A stretch of DNA of 64,000 bases from Octopus sinensis (GCF_006345805.1 NC_043000.1:51336001-51400000); one strand, 5' to 3'. Numbered from the stretch's first letter, positions 1 through 15,237 are shown. Program-made: numbers and translations. Notes: generated from the sequence alone by a model not told the origin.

Positions 1-874
1 GAGAAATGCAACCAGTTTATGTGTTTTAGTGGCAGCATGACACATCCAGTAGAGCAATATTTGTTTAAACAAAGAAAATTTTGCAAAACACAGGTATGCC
101 CTAATATTTAATATTTATGCCAATGACAGATTTTTGTAAAATATAATTTAAGTTAGCATATAAAATTAGCATGATGCAAGAATGAGTTTACAAATATACT
201 TGTTCTTGCACTATCTAATCATAAAATACAGTAAAATGCATCCACTCTCTCTGAAATGAAAGATGCAATGGTAAGCAGCACTAATTGTGGGAATAAATGC
301 AACACTGATTAATAAATTCTATATATGCTAATGTCTGAATATTTAGACTGTGCATTTAAATAAAGCTGGTTTAGCAAGCACTTTTTTTGAGAATACTGTT
401 CTTTATTATCAATCATGATCACTTCAGTTTTGTTCTCCTATTAGGCACCAAGAACAGTTACCCTTCATATTTCTACACTTCCATTCCTTAATTCATTTTC
501 CCCATAGTTATGTTTTGGTGAAAATGCTCTTCTCGTTCTTCACTAACTGACCCTAAATCAACAGTTTAATGGCTGTTGAGGAAATATTCTTTTGTACTGA
601 TTTTGCAAATTAGCTTCCAGAAGATATAATGTTATTAGCCAGATTTTACAAGGCCTTTTTCAATAGTTTTCTGTAAATTCATGAATAGTTCATTGCCTAT
701 TAATGTGCTTAAGCACATTAAAGCTACCTGCCTTCAGTTTCTCTTAAGGTAAAGTTGGAACTTCTTTATACATTTGAAAAAGTTGCTTCCCTTAATTAGT
801 GAAACAAATTGCTTCACCAAATCTATTTTGATATGAAGTGCTGCAAGCAATGAGTTTCCTGATTTTACTGGGGT

Positions 875-1278
875 TCTCTTTTTCTCTTTCTCTTTTACTT
901 GTTTCAGTCATTTTGACTGCGGCCATGCTGGAGCACCGCCTTTAGTCGAGCAAATCGACCCCGGGACTTATTCTTTGTAAGCCCAGTACTTATTCTATCG
1001 GTCTCTTTTGCCGAACCGCTAAGTGACGGGAACGTAAACACACCAGCATTGGTTGTCAAGCAATGCTAGGGGGACAAACACAGACACACACACATACATA
1101 TATATACATATATACGACAGGCTTCTTTCAGTTTCCGTCTACCAAATCCACTCACAAGGCATTGGTCGGCCCGGGGCTATAGCAGAAGACACTTGCCCAA
1201 GATGCCACGCAGTGGGACTGAACCCGGAACCATGTGGTTGGTTAGCAAGCTACTTACCACACAGCCACTCCTGCGCCT
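875..1278 (-). mobile_element. tRNA-derived SINE, family A (octopus OR-type-like), full length, young
   Basis: Minus strand reads AGGCGCAGGAGTGGCTGTGTGGTAAG (A-box-like) ... GGTTCAGTCCC (B-box-like), then TTGGGCAAGTGTCTTC (CORE-like), an internal TA/TG microsatellite, and a 3' tail ...CAGTCAAAATGACTGAAACAAGTAAAAGAG. Near-identical copies occur at 43.2, 51.4 and 53.3 kb. CpGs are retained. Confidence 0.9.
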
Positions 1279-4200
1279 ATTCATGATACTTTAATTTTCC
1301 ACATTGAAATTGGTTCTTTCCAGCATAACACCTTTCTCATTTACTACCTTACTTGACTTGACTGTCCCATAAATACAAGAAATGAAAATGATAAATAAAT
1401 AAAAGAGAGATTTAATGTAACCATACTGTTGGCCAAGCAGTGCAAAAATGACTTTCAAACCTTCACAAATCATCCACTTTTATTCATAATGTTTACACTT
1501 TTTCAGTATCATTTTCATGTTTTCATAAATTTCTTTTAGATGTACTGAGTTGCCATTTGGTACAAAAGCAAACGCATTTCCATTACTCAATAAATAAATA
1601 AATAAAACTGAAATAAATTAAAAACAAATAGATCACATTCAACTGGCTTTTGAACTATCAGTGAAAAGCTGCTATTCATCTGATTCATATTGACATCCCA
1701 TTGCATGTAGCCAATCATTAACACCATGATAGCAATGCCATCTTTCATAGAGAGGAACCACAACTGATCTTTTACTTTATATCAATAGAAACTAAATGTT
1801 GTTCCCAGGTGTAGAAGGTTTTTTTTTTTTTCAGCCTGAATAATTCTTTTGAGGATTTTGGAAAATCCACATCACACACTAAATCATTTCATTCAAACTG
1901 GGTGAAGAGTTTAGGTGTTACCCACTTCCATAACTTTAAAACTTTCACTTTATTTTTTATAGGAAGCAGTTTATATGCTGTGCAACATTTCTCAGCTAAT
2001 AAAAGCAGAATATTCTAAAACATATTTCAAGCTATTTTCCTATGTCCCATTACCTTTCAGTGTTTATGGGTTGTTCTTTATAAGGAGTTTATCTGTCTTA
2101 CACTTTTCTCAATAAATAACACTTGTCAGTTGATATTTTCTCTATCTTAAGAATGTATGCTAGGTACTCTCTCTGGACAATATCTTCTTGTATCACACTA
2201 TATTGTGTACTTTATGGTGGTGAAGGCAATCATTTTTATTATTAGCCTTGCAATTTTCTTACCTGGTTCCTTCACTATAATATAGCAACTTGGTGGTTGT
2301 AACATATAAGTTTTGTAAGTAATTTTAAATTGATAGAATGGTTTGAAACAACTAATGCTATTTATAATTCCTCTAATATGTCAAAAATTGGTTATTTTGC
2401 ATTTTTAGCTTATTACCTTCAGTAACTAAATTTGATATTTTAGACAAAAGTTGATGCCATATTCAGAGCCAGTAACCACACATTAGCCTCAAATCACCTT
2501 TATTATCATGAAAATTGTTGTAGATTTGTGTTGTTTAATCATTTGGTTGTCTTTAACTTAACAATATCACCTGTTTTATAAACAGTTAAAGAGTGTTTTG
2601 TTTTTTTTTTTATCATTAGTATTACATATTATCACTTATTAATCTTTTGGTGTCAGATCTAACAACTGTAAACTAATTTCATCACTTCATTTTTTGTCAT
2701 TTTAGTGCTTCATTATATAAGTGTGTTCCAGCTGTTTGTACCCAAAAAGTGTTGTTTCATTTGAATCACAATCACAGAACCACTTTTCCTGTACATATGA
2801 ATTGTAGCCTTTAAATCCCAGCTATCCTTTCTGTTTTTCTGCTCATCATCTTTCTTCTAAATAAATTGTTAATGCATTTCTTCTATTTCTTATCAACATT
2901 TATAGGCCCACATTCATCACCGATTTCTCATTACAACACACCTACTTCTTCACATGATTCATTGCATCATGATTTGATTGAAGCCCCTTTCTTGTTAACT
3001 TTTTGAACTAATTTTATCCTTTTCTTCTGAAAACTATATTGATTTGAAAGTTTATTGCATTAACTCTAAAATAATATACTAAGATTCAGGCTTGTTGAGG
3101 TTGACATTGCTTGTCACAATTTTCTTTAGATAACTCTCAGAACATTAAATGAATTCAGTGTTTTAAAAGTTTAATCCCATTCTATAGCTTCCTAATGTTG
3201 CAATCAATTTAGTGACTCTCAGATATTTATTTTCTTGTTTATCTAGTGGTATGTTGTCTTTAACGATTTTATCTTCAGGGAATTGTGATAAGAAAAAACA
3301 TATTTTCATATTTTCATATTTCAGGTAAGGTTTTGCCATAATCTTAAAGAGTATTGAAAGGTTTATTTTTATAATCCAACAATTATATTAGCTTTCTACT
3401 TTGCAGCTGCTGTTTATTAGTTAAACTTGTAGTTTTTATCAACATTCTCAAAAGAAATTTTCTTTCTGCAATAACTTCATACTGTTTTCTGATTATGTAT
3501 AGAGTGAATGTGGAAGTATTGAAACAGGAAAAGAATTGGAACATTAAATTTTCAGTGGGTTTCTTTAAAATAAAAATTAAAAGAACCTTCTAGGGTTACT
3601 TTATTTGTCAACAAACATTGGTAAATAAAATGGAAATATTACTGTCAGTAATTATATAACATGTGGTGGAAAACACTCAAGAGGATATTGTTTATAAATT
3701 TGTTAAGTGAATAATGGGTAAAATTTACATAGTTAAATCAGTGTATTACTGGTACTTATTTTTTTTAGCATATCACAATCAAAGTTTAAGTCACCTCCAA
3801 TGAAATTTGAATAAATGTCATAGATTATTATGTCTTGTATGCTGCTATCTCTATCACCCTAAATGAAAAAAAAAACACATTAGCATTTGACTAAGGACAT
3901 TTTTAAATGAATCAAGTCTATTTTCTTTTTACTGTCACTTATTTTAATGATTCAAAAGAAGACTTAGTACCTGAGAAATTTAAAACCACCATTGTAAGAG
4001 ACCAGATGAAAATTGATAAATTGAGGAGTCCACCAGCATTCAATGAAATTAAAGAATGAAGTATTGATATTAAGCAAATAAAGTAATATATCAGTATTAT
4101 TTCAAACTCTACAGTTTTGGAATTGGGAAATATATCAATTTCAGACCGAATCAGTAGTGAAGGAAAGTTTAAGGTATTATGAACTCAAATGTTAATTCAC

Positions 4201-6214
4201 ACTTCCAAATTCAAATTTTAATTAACATTTTTATGAGAAATCACGGGTTGCCTATAAACTGTAACCTGTAATTTTAAATCTAATTTTTGCTTAAAGACAC
4301 ATGAAAACATGGAAAATATCGTACTGTAGCTCACAACTCTATTCATTTCCTTATTTTGAATCAAAAAATCTCATTTCAATATTGACAACTTTTCAACTCA
4401 AAAAGCCACTGTAAAAAAGAAATACAAAAAGAAAAAGTCTTCAGCAAAGGGTCAGCATATGTTTTGCTAATATGCTCTCTGTTTCTTTTTCTTCTTGTGA
4501 GTGGCTGTTCATTTTCCTAAACTTATCTATTATTGTTGCTGCGGTTGTTGTCATTCAACTGTACTATTTTACAGTTTGTAAGAGTTTTAGACTGGACAGA
4601 TTTCTAAGAAGATGGCACATGGTATTCAAGTTCTAAATTAGAGTTTAGTTTGACTATATTATTAATAGTGTCATTCAGATTTTTATGCTTATCTATATAA
4701 GTTATCTGATTCCTTTAAACCTAGTTTTACAACTTGTTGACATTTACTTTTGGATAATTCACTCCATGAGTGGTAAACAGTTTCTTTAGATATACCAGAG
4801 AGATACCTTTTATGTTCATTCCATTATGTTATAGTTGCAGAGCAGCAGTATGATTCCAAAATTGTGAGTTGCTTTTGTATTGTTTAGTGGACTTGATTTT
4901 TTCTTACTGATTCTTCTGTTTATTCATGTTGAATAACTCTTCTCTTTCACTCTTAGATATAAGTAGACATACTTTTTCAATTTCACAAGAATTATATTTT
5001 CTGAGTTGAGTGAATTGTCATTGTATCCTCTGCACATTTCTGAATACCAATTTTATAATACTGTCATGACAGAATAAATAAACCATGATGAGATTTCTCT
5101 GAGGTTTTGATTGGAGCTACCAAATAATGTCAAGTTTTTTATTTAAATAATAAAAAAAGCAACTGGTTTTGCACTATAGAGAGTATAACATTTGTTGAGC
5201 TTATCAACTGAACAATACTGATTAAATGTTTATTTTGAAAGATAGATAGAACACATAGACAAATAAGTACAAATATGCAAATAGATGATCAAAGAAGACA
5301 ATGATTTTTCATTTGTTTCCTATGTTTATATACATAGATATTGTAACTATTCAGTTTATTTAACATCCTGGAATAATCCTCTATTTAAATAACATTGTTT
5401 AGTGACCACTTTTCAGGTTTTTTTACTGCATCCTTTTATTTAGACTTCTTTATCCAAATATTTTATTCTAGTTTAACACTTTCATATCCATTGTTACTGG
5501 TCCCATTCAGCTTCTCTTTTCCTCTTTTGAAGTTTTCTCATCTTGACCCCCCTTTAACTATGCTTCTCTTTATTCTGTTTGTACAAATTCTTGTTTGTAT
5601 TTCTTTCTAATTTTTGGTCACTTTTACCCATCTTCCTTAATCCCTCATTTATGAGTACACAGATATAACAGCTCATTCAACCTTCATAACAGTTTTCTAC
5701 AGTTTCATTCACTACATCAATATTAAATAAGTAATCATCATCATCATCCAGTAATTCTAGAATTTCTTTTGGTAGTTCTAGTTTTCCTCCTTTAATTTAT
5801 CATGTAATCCGGATCTTGCAGGCATGAGGATTTCTTTTGTGTTACCATAGTAATCATTTTTACTTATTTCAACCTTTATAGTTCAATATCCTTATATTTC
5901 ATTATTAAGAGCATTAACACGAAGTATTAGGAATTCTACATATTGCTGAATTTATAGCGAAGTCTCTGAATGTCATTTTTTAATATTTTGCTGAATTAAT
6001 GGGAAAAGTTGGATCTGTTTTAAAATACACATTTTGTATTGTTTATCATAAAGGATTAGCAAATAGATAATCCATCACAGAAAAATGTGTGTAGTTTTTA
6101 GTGTTTCAAAGGCATTTCTGCAAATAAACATTTTCACTCAGTCTATCTATCAATCTGTCTATTCATCTATGTATCCCACCTTCCCTCAGTGCAAGTCATC
6201 TTTTTTTATATTGC

Positions 6215-6380
6215 TGTATATATATATATGTATATATATATATTGTGTGTGTATTCATATATATATATATATATATAATGCATATGAAAATATACAATAT
6301 ATATTTGAATGTATTTATACTATATATATGTGTATATATATATATGTATATGTCTTTTCTTCTCTCTCCCTCTCTATCTT

Positions 6381-6432
<52 letters not shown>

Positions 6433-6475
6433 TATATATATTTATAATTACATCACTCTCCATATATATATGTAA
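6215..6475. repeat. (TA)n compound microsatellite
   Basis: Long TA runs with TG/TC interruptions, seen directly. Confidence 0.95.
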
Positions 6476-6957
6476 CTATACTTAAGCTTTGAAAAATAGG
6501 AATGTTATTGAAGTTATTTTTAATAAATAATATTTTGGTATATTTTTGTTGGAGGTAATGCAATTATTTTACTAAACTTCATTTTTTTGGTTTTGTTTTT
6601 CTCTTCAAATATTTTTTCCAGAGAAAAATAGGTCATGACTGAATTATTTATGTCTCTATTTACAAGTTTATATATATAATATTTTCATTAAGCAAAGAAT
6701 CTCATAGAGCAAGTTCAATTTTCCCCATCAAAATATTATTAGTATTATTGTTATTTTTGTTTCTGATTGTAAAATAGTGTTACAGTAAGTTACCATGGAA
6801 GAGAATTAATAATTTGCTTGGATTCTTATAACTGCTTCAATTTTAGATGCTGTGTTTTCAGAATAGCATCTAAAATTTCTTCCTTCAGAGAAGGCATCAA
6901 ATCCCAGACTTCTCATTATCTCTGAGACTTTATAATTGTATAAAAACAATATTTGTT

Positions 6958-7170
6958 TCTTTCTACTATTGGCACAAAGCCTGAAATGTGAGAAGAAGAT
7001 GCTGGTTTATTACGTTGACCCCTGTGTTCAACTGATAGTTATTTTATCAACCTTAAAAGGATGAAACGCATAGTCTACTATAATCATTTGATCTCAGAAT
7101 GTAAAGCGCTAGAAGAAACATTATTAAGCATCTTATCCACCATGCTAATGATTCTGCCAGCACTATTGCC
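6958..7170 (-). mobile_element. SINE family C, degenerate copy
   Basis: Aligns by eye with 22703-22896 (TTGACCCC...TTATTTTATCAACC...AAAGGATGAAA...TTTGATCTCAGAATG...GATTCTGCCAGC). Confidence 0.75.
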
Positions 7171-9552
7171 CATGAATGAAAACAACATTAAATTAAGTTA
7201 TGATGGCTGAGTAAATACGAGGTTAAACTCCTAGCTTAGTTGATTACTGAGATGACAGGAAGCATATTCTTGAGGATTGTATCTGTTGTATATTTGTTAT
7301 GAATATATGTTATTTGAGATTGTTCAATGTTTATGGAAGCATAGAAGGCTCTAGTTTTTATGATATTCATGGTAAAAGAACAGTGGGGATGAATAGTTGT
7401 CTCTTGTTCAGCTTTTTAAGCTGAAATTATGTTGGATATATATTAGTGATTTTTGGTATGACATTGTGCATTTGAGACATGTTTACATGTGAATAAAATG
7501 ACAAGCACCTATTTCATGGAATCTAATATCTACATTATCTTTATCCTTGTTTTCGTTATAATGACTGTTTTATCCTTGTCACTACTCTTACTACTTTCAC
7601 TGCTGTGATGGTGATGGCCACAACAGGGATGATGACAATGAGTATCATAATAATACTAATTATAATCATTGAGGTAAAATGGCTATAATCTTAGGCCATC
7701 AATTACTGACTATGTTATCTGTAATTGACAAAATACGTTACATTCCTATATCATGTAATTCAGTGTTTAGTTGAAGGAAGAGCATCTAACTATAGCAAAA
7801 AGATATCACCTTGAAAAAACACCATCCAATAAAATACCGAATAATGGCTGAAAAGCATTAAAGGAGAATATGACAATAAAAAATGAAAATAATAAAAGTT
7901 TACCATTCAATAGCACAATTGTTTTTACACTGACCTTTTACTGCATTTGTATGAAGCAATGATTTTATAAATATACATGCCTATTTAGCACACTTGTATA
8001 TGTCACAGTATATCTTAAACCAGAGCAAGGCTCTGTTTCAACACCAACCATTACCAAAGATAAGAAGCTCAAATATGAAGAAAACTGTATAAAGGAATAG
8101 TTTCAGATCATGCTGTGTATTAGTGGGTTTTCAGAATAATAAGTCATTTATGTTTGTCACATGAATATTATCTATAGTGGTCTTCATGTATGAAATGTAC
8201 ATATGTAAATATAGAAACTGAAGTCAATTTATCTGATGACAATGTATCCAAGTTTTTTGTCTTGTTAGCTCTAGTGTAATGAAAGGCAAAAATCTATGCA
8301 AAAAATTTTGGCAATATTCTAAATACCATAAATAACAGTTTAGTCTAATGCTTGGATTTTTTATTTTTCACAAACACCATTTTACTTTGAAGAAATTATC
8401 AAAATGTTAGATTTTTAAAGTTTTTCTTTTAAGCAAATGTTTTTGAAACAAGCCCTTGAATAAATTACGTTTTTACTACTTGTTACAGTTTAAATGTCTA
8501 AGAAATGTGATTTTTGTGAGTTTATTTTACATAAAAGGAATAAAATAAAGCTAGAACATATTCAAATGTCTACATTAATGTCTGCAAATAAGAGTTATTT
8601 TTTTTTTAAGATGAATTATTTTCATATTATTTTGAATAATGTCATTATATGGTTCACATTATTGTCTTTATTATTAATTGGTTTAGATGTTAATTATTTT
8701 ATTATATTTTTAGTTTCTGTGATCTATATTAATTTCCTTTCTCCAGAAATTCTAAAAGCATAATAATAATAATAATAATAATAATAATCCAATAGGGATT
8801 AGGGAAAAGAAAAGCTTTCATTTGACTGTTTACCATTGCTGCATCATAAGTTTGAACTTAGCAAATCCCAATAGATTATCTGATAGTTGAACAAAATTCA
8901 ATTAACCATAGTGAGTTATTATGCAAATATATCTATATATGTCTGTGTAAAATATTATTACACTATTTGGATACTAAGCTTTTTTAGTAATCTTAACAAC
9001 ATGTATTTATAAAAATAAAGTGGTGTTTTCCGTCCTAACTAATCATTTATAAGAAATCCAAAATTGGATGTTTGATAACTAATATTTCTTTCCAGTAATT
9101 CTATCAAACAATTTTGGCAGGCACTTGAATATTTGGTTAGTTAAGCATCAATATTCATAGCAATTCCTCAGCTAAATAATTGTAGATGAAGTGAGTATTT
9201 TTAGATATTATTTCTAATTCTAATATGATACAGCTTTTGTTTAAATTTCCCTTGAAATGAAACAAATGACAATTTCAGAAAGTGGTCTATTTATGAAGAA
9301 ATCTTGGACAATGAAAATATTGATTTCTGTCATTCTTATATTCAAATAGAAGTCAATTTGAATGCAATTTATATGAAGACATAATATTGGAACACTTTTC
9401 TATTGTTTACGACTTAACTTTTATTATTTACTTAGTTACTATAATAAGCATAATTATTAACACCACCATCATCACAAACACTACCCTCATTACAATAGGG
9501 AGAGTACTTTATTCTTTTTATCACAATTGGCACCCCCATGACCACCATCTTT

Positions 9553-9667
9553 ATAATAATAATAATAATAATAATATAATAATAATAATAATAATTATAA
9601 TAATGATGATGATGATGATGATAATAATAATAATAATTATTATTATTATTATTATTATTGATAATAG
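9553..9667. repeat. (TAA)n/(TGA)n/(TTA)n trinucleotide microsatellite
   Basis: Seen directly. Confidence 0.95.
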
Positions 9668-12600
9668 TATAAACGAAAAATTTTCATTACTGTTAACTCA
9701 GCAGTTTCTGTGAATTTTAGAATTTCAAGAATTTAGGAATATATTTAGATACTAATATATTGTTAGTAGCTTGGATTATTTTTCTTAAAATGAATTGCTG
9801 ACATTTTCAAATAATATACTTGACATTTGAAACAACTGACACATAGAAATATTTATTCAAAAAAACAAAAAAAATCAAAAGCGGCTTCAAAAGAAGGAAG
9901 TTTAAAACTAAGAAAAGTAAGGACATTTAAATGTTTCAGATTGAATATTAAACAACTTATGCAAATGAAATGATTTTAATTGCTTAGAAGTTCTCATTTG
10001 TTTTAAAGATGTGAGCAGATTTCTTTTCAAATTAATTTACCAGATATACTTGTAAAATATTTTACAGACTGAATAGAAATAGACTTAAACATTCAAAATT
10101 ATTCATCACCCTCACCTTTACCATTTTATTTAATTTATTTGTTATGACACTTTAGTAGTCTAGCCATGTATTAATATTGCAATTATATTTTATACATCAC
10201 TGTTTTCCATGAAAGATGTATTTTGATGGGAGATTTCTTAGTTGGATGTTAACTGGTATGTGCTTTAGATTTTATATCTTCATTTCCATGACTCTTAAAT
10301 TGCCTATTCCTGATAGTAAGTGAATGCAAACATTTCCATAATGTTTCTTATAGGGTGAGTTAATTCATATTCTGATTCATTTATGATTTGTGACAATATT
10401 GTTTCTTGATTCTTAATTTTTTACACATATATTTGTTGATTAAACAAACTTCATTTGTGAGAAGGCAGCTGTTTATTTCATTTAGCGCTGTTAGCCAGGT
10501 AACTAACTGTAAAGTATATTTAGAGATATTATAAGAAACAATAGATCTATCATGTAGATTAATTTCCCAATTTTCTAAGTATTTGTATTGCTGTATTCTG
10601 GCACACTAGCAACATAATTATGGTCTCCTTCAATTCCTTTGATCTGGTTCCAATGTTGAACTCATGCAGTATTTTACAGAACATGATAATACTTTCTTTT
10701 TGGTACGTAATATAACTGTATAACTTTAAATTGTTAATAGGTAAAATTATTTTGATAGAAGTCTCTTATATTGTTATTAATACTTTACAAGTGAAAAACT
10801 AATTTTTAATTTTACCAACATAATTACACCCAGTTTTGTTCTGTGTTATTGAGTTAAGGTGATTTAATGTATAAAATGCTATATTCTTGTTTCAACAGTA
10901 TTTTAGCATTTCATATTATAGTTATAGGGAAGGAATAAGAAAGATCCTCTAAAACACTGAGGTCTATTAATCTTATAAAATATTTTGGTGTATCATTCAA
11001 TATACATATTAGATATCTGGATTTAACATTACAAAACCACCCACACACTAGGAAAAAACTTCTTCCTGAAAAGGTTAGTAACATCCTCATAAAAGATTTC
11101 ATAACATTCTTTTGTTAAATTTTTTTTGAAAATCAGTTTTACACCTCAAAAAACTGTTAAACATTTTTGCTAAAATTTTTTTTTTCTTGAAAGCTATTGT
11201 CATTAGTGATATGTTTCTCTCCTTGCTTTATGAAAATCATAATCTCTTTGGAAATTTAAGATTTACTGTCATCCAAAGGTGTGTGGTTTATATCCCATCC
11301 TTTGCATTGTGCCATGTCCATGATTCACTGTTTAAGTGTTAATATTGCTCTATACCTATCAGTATATATGATATAGTGCGTAGGTACAACCTATTGTTTG
11401 TTGCAGTATTTTGTTGGGCTGCTGTAACAATTTGAAATTTTCCCCTAAACAAAATCAACTATTGATTGGCATGTGTCTCCTGAGAGGAAGATGTCTCACA
11501 ATTCAATTGCCTAATACCGGGAAAGTTGGAATAATCTGAAAGATACCATACATACAGTGTAAAGCTATTTTCAAAGGTACATGGCATACACAAATCTGTA
11601 GTAAAAGATTTTACTCAAATTAGATTCAAAGAACAATATCACACAATATTTCACAGCTATCACAGCACAAACAACATTCTAGACATGCTCTGTTTAAGCT
11701 GTGAGTTGAATGAATTACAAAATATATAAATGAATATGCCATAGTATAGTCACTGCATTGTGTTTTTCAGCACAACACTTTGCTGAAATAGTTAATGTTA
11801 TTGATATGCGAGACGTATTAAGTTGGTTCTTTATTGTGAATTAGTAAAAACACTCTTACTATAAAACATGTTTCTGAAGAATATACAAAAATCTTAAGTT
11901 GCTGATCTAACACATCTCTGAGAAAATTAAATTTTTTAAAAAATAAATAAAAGTGAGAAGAAAAGCACTACAAATCCAAATGTGATTAAGATTTTATTTA
12001 TTTATTTTGGTTAATCCAGCTCCATCTTGAAAATTAAAAATAAAAGTAGCATGACAAGAAATGCAACAATGTCATGCTTTAAATATGTTTCTGTTTTTTA
12101 AAATATTTTTTTGGTGAGATGCTTCTTGAAACTAAGAATTTATCACTCTTACAACTTTCATTCTTGCTGGGATGAGATGGGTTCCTTTGATATTATTTTC
12201 TTTTACATCAATTTCGTTTCATTGTTTGTTTGTTTTTATGCTATCTTTTAGGTATGTTAGTCTCAGGCTATCTTGTCTATTTTTACAGCAATATTTTAAT
12301 ACATATATCTTATTATTTTAAGTGATATTTTAATTTCTCTCTCTCTGCTATTCTTTTTAAAATAGCTATTTTTTTATAAAATGATGACCTCTAATTTAGA
12401 AACAGTCACTTAAGAAATGATGCAAAAAAAAAACCTTAGAAGATAACAGCAAAATCATTTTCTTCTTTTTTAATTTGTATTCCTTCTGAAATAGATATCT
12501 GATTTAATTTCAATGTTAATTTCATTATGCCTGACATGTTCAAACCCTACTTACCCATTTTCATGTGTGTTGTAAGATATTTGAAACTTCAGTGAAGCTT

Positions 12601-14027
12601 GATATTTCTATTTAAGAAAACAATACACTTGATAAATAATAATTTCAAGAATGAATAAACTTTCAAGTATCTCATATCCTATCATCCCTATCATCATCAT
12701 CATTATCATCATCATCATCACCACTATCATCTTCACCATTGTCTTCACTCCCTCACCTTTATTATCCCTGCATCTCATTATCACCACCATCATCAACACC
12801 ACCATCAAATGCTTGCAACAGAGTGCAGTCCAATAAAGGTCTCTAAGGCCAAGATGATGGTATGAAACCTGATAATGGATTAAATCTACCACTACCTTCC
12901 TGATAATTATTGAAAATTTTTCTGCTGCTTTTAAGGCTTCAGATACTCTGAAGAAATCCCTTTGCTAACACTGATATCAAACCCTTTGATTACATACATG
13001 TGAAAGCAGAAATACTAGAACGGAGTGCTTATTTACACATTTAAGAAGCATGTATGCAGATTGTACAACACTGTTGTGAAAATAAATTTTCTGTCTGATC
13101 TCACTTGCACAAAGCACAATATTTTAAAGTTAATATCAAATTTCGTACCGGATCAAAATTCTCAGCAAGGTTGCCAGTCAACCCTAACTAGTAAATCAAC
13201 AATCTCGTGCTCACCTTACTTGTCATTGCTGTGAACACTATTGAATTCTTCAAACTATTTGAATCTCAGTGAATACTACCATGCTGTTGTCCATATTATC
13301 AATTACTACGTGGCAAATAGCATAGTTTCTGCTATATCTAGTGTGCTAATGAAAAATTTATGGATTTCTTCTAAGGTTTCATTGGTTGCCTTTGTTCCAC
13401 TACAAACATTTATATTATGAAAAATAATTAAATTTATTCAACTTGTAAAGCTTGTTTATGATGAAACAAGGTTTCCTCCAATTTTTAGTAGCTAGTGTGT
13501 GTGAAAAAACGATTATGTTGCACAATTTGTTTTCTTGTGACAGAAGCATGTACAACTGAGTGTGAAAGTGTCCCTACTAATTACTATATTGTTTTGGGCA
13601 ACTAACACTTTCTGCAAACCATGCTCATGTGCACATGCACACCACTTGGAAGGGGTAGTGATGAGGTACTTGGGTACATATCAGTTGTTTTTTGGATCAC
13701 TTCTAATTTATAAAGCCTTTAATGATTTGTATTGTCAAAATCTTGACTACAATCAATACATTTTGATATATTTTTTCCTGTCACAATATCACAGTGATAT
13801 TTATTTGTAAATAAGCATTCACAAGAAAATATCTGGATATCTAGATAATCTAAGATGTCTTTGTTCATCTATTGAAGCTTTTAGCATAAAACAATATTTT
13901 TGTGGCTGTAATTTATAATATTTTTACATTGTTAATGATATATTAGTACTTGCTGATATTATTAATAAATATTTCAGTAGAATTAGTTTTGATTTTAAGT
14001 TAGCTTTTAGGTTCCTTCATTTATATA

Positions 14028-15237
14028 TTATCAGGTCATTAAGATCACATATTGTCTGATCTTGAACTGAAAGTTTATTTTACTTTATCTCAACAAAAAG
14101 CAATGCAGTTAAAGTATGCACGTAAATTATCAACATCATTTTGCCATTTTACCAGTAGCATATTTATGTCAACAGTGAAGAACTCAAGAGAGCATAGGTG
14201 ATGAAATCACAAAAGGCTGTTTTTTGCATCTTCTTCAGATTTGAAGATTTTTCCTTGCAAAAAGCTGTCTAATACCTGGAAAACATGATAGTCAATTGGT
14301 GCAAGGTCTGGTGAATATGGTGGATGACAGAATACTTCCAAGTTCAGTTCCTTTAACTTGAGTAGCATTCTTTGTGTAACATGTGATCGAACATTGTCTT
14401 GCAAGAGAATTGGCCTGTCTCTATTGACCAATCTCAGTTGTTTAATTGCAAGTTCACTTATAATTTCACCCAGTAGGTTGATGTATGTATCTGCTGTAAT
14501 TGACTTGACAAATCTCATGAAGCTATAGAAGGTGACACCAGCACTGGACCACCAAATACACATCATTAACATTTTTTGGTGAATATTCTTTTTTGGATTG
14601 TGATTTGGCACTTTGTCTCTATCCAACCACCATGCAGAACATTTGCTATTGTTGAAAAGAAATTATTTTTCATCACACGTACTATACAATGCAAAAATGG
14701 TTCACTTTTATGCCATGACAGCAAAGAACAGCAAGTTTCAAGATGAAGTATCATTTGATGCTCATTCAGTTCATGTACTACCCACTTGTCCAGCTTCTTT
14801 ACCTTGCTGATTTGTTTCAGATGGAATCAAAACATCAAACCTTGCTGCTAACTCATGCATAGTTTGTGATCTATCTGCTTCTACTACAGATACCATGGGG
14901 TTGATTTTCAAGAGTAATGTTACCAGACCAGAACTTCTTAAACTATCATCATACAGTGTGCTCATTTGTCACATCTTCATTGATGTTTCAAACTGTCTGG
15001 GATGCATTGGTTCCATGATGGAAATCATATTCATAAACGACACAAATTTTTTATCTATCCATGGGTTCACAACAGTTGATTTACAATATAATAAGACACC
15101 ATGAATTGCATTGAAAAAAGTAATGTAACTTTACAATTTTGTAAAACAAAGAATTTTCAGGATAAAACATTAGAGTTAACAGCTGTCAAATTTGGTGCAT
15201 AAGAAAATCGGACATTTCATACTTAATGACCTGATAA
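14028..15237 (-). mobile_element. Mariner (Tc1/mariner, DD34D) DNA transposon, near full length, inactive
   Basis: Perfect 19-bp inverted match ATATTATCAGGTCATTAAG at 14025-14043 and 15222-15240 (includes flanking TA), extending imperfectly to ~30 bp. Element is ~1.2 kb with internal transposase remnants. Confidence 0.92.
14105..15062 (-). pseudogene. Mariner transposase pseudogene (stops and frameshifts)
   Basis: Begins MDR*KICVVYEYDFHHGTNASQTV*NIN (Hsmar1-like N-terminus). Contains a first catalytic motif TCDEK, then MMCIWWSSAGV, PILLQDNVRSH and HPPYSPDLAPIDYH (YSPDLAPxD with D34D spacing), split across ORFs 14207-14626, 14566-14754 and 14771-14965. Confidence 0.92.

Noticed and set aside
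1053-1286. 77-aa ORF, with a similar ORF at 43347-43538
   Set aside because: Both lie within SINE family A copies; the peptide similarity reflects the repeat.
6839-6877. Small hairpin AATTTTAGATGCT...AGCATCTAAAATT
   Set aside because: A 13-bp AT-rich stem, too short for a pre-miRNA and with no supporting context.
12651-12836. Hydrophobic poly-Ile ORF resembling a membrane peptide (also 9387-9713 and 31866-32051)
   Set aside because: Derived from (CAT)n, (TAA)n or GT-rich low-complexity sequence.
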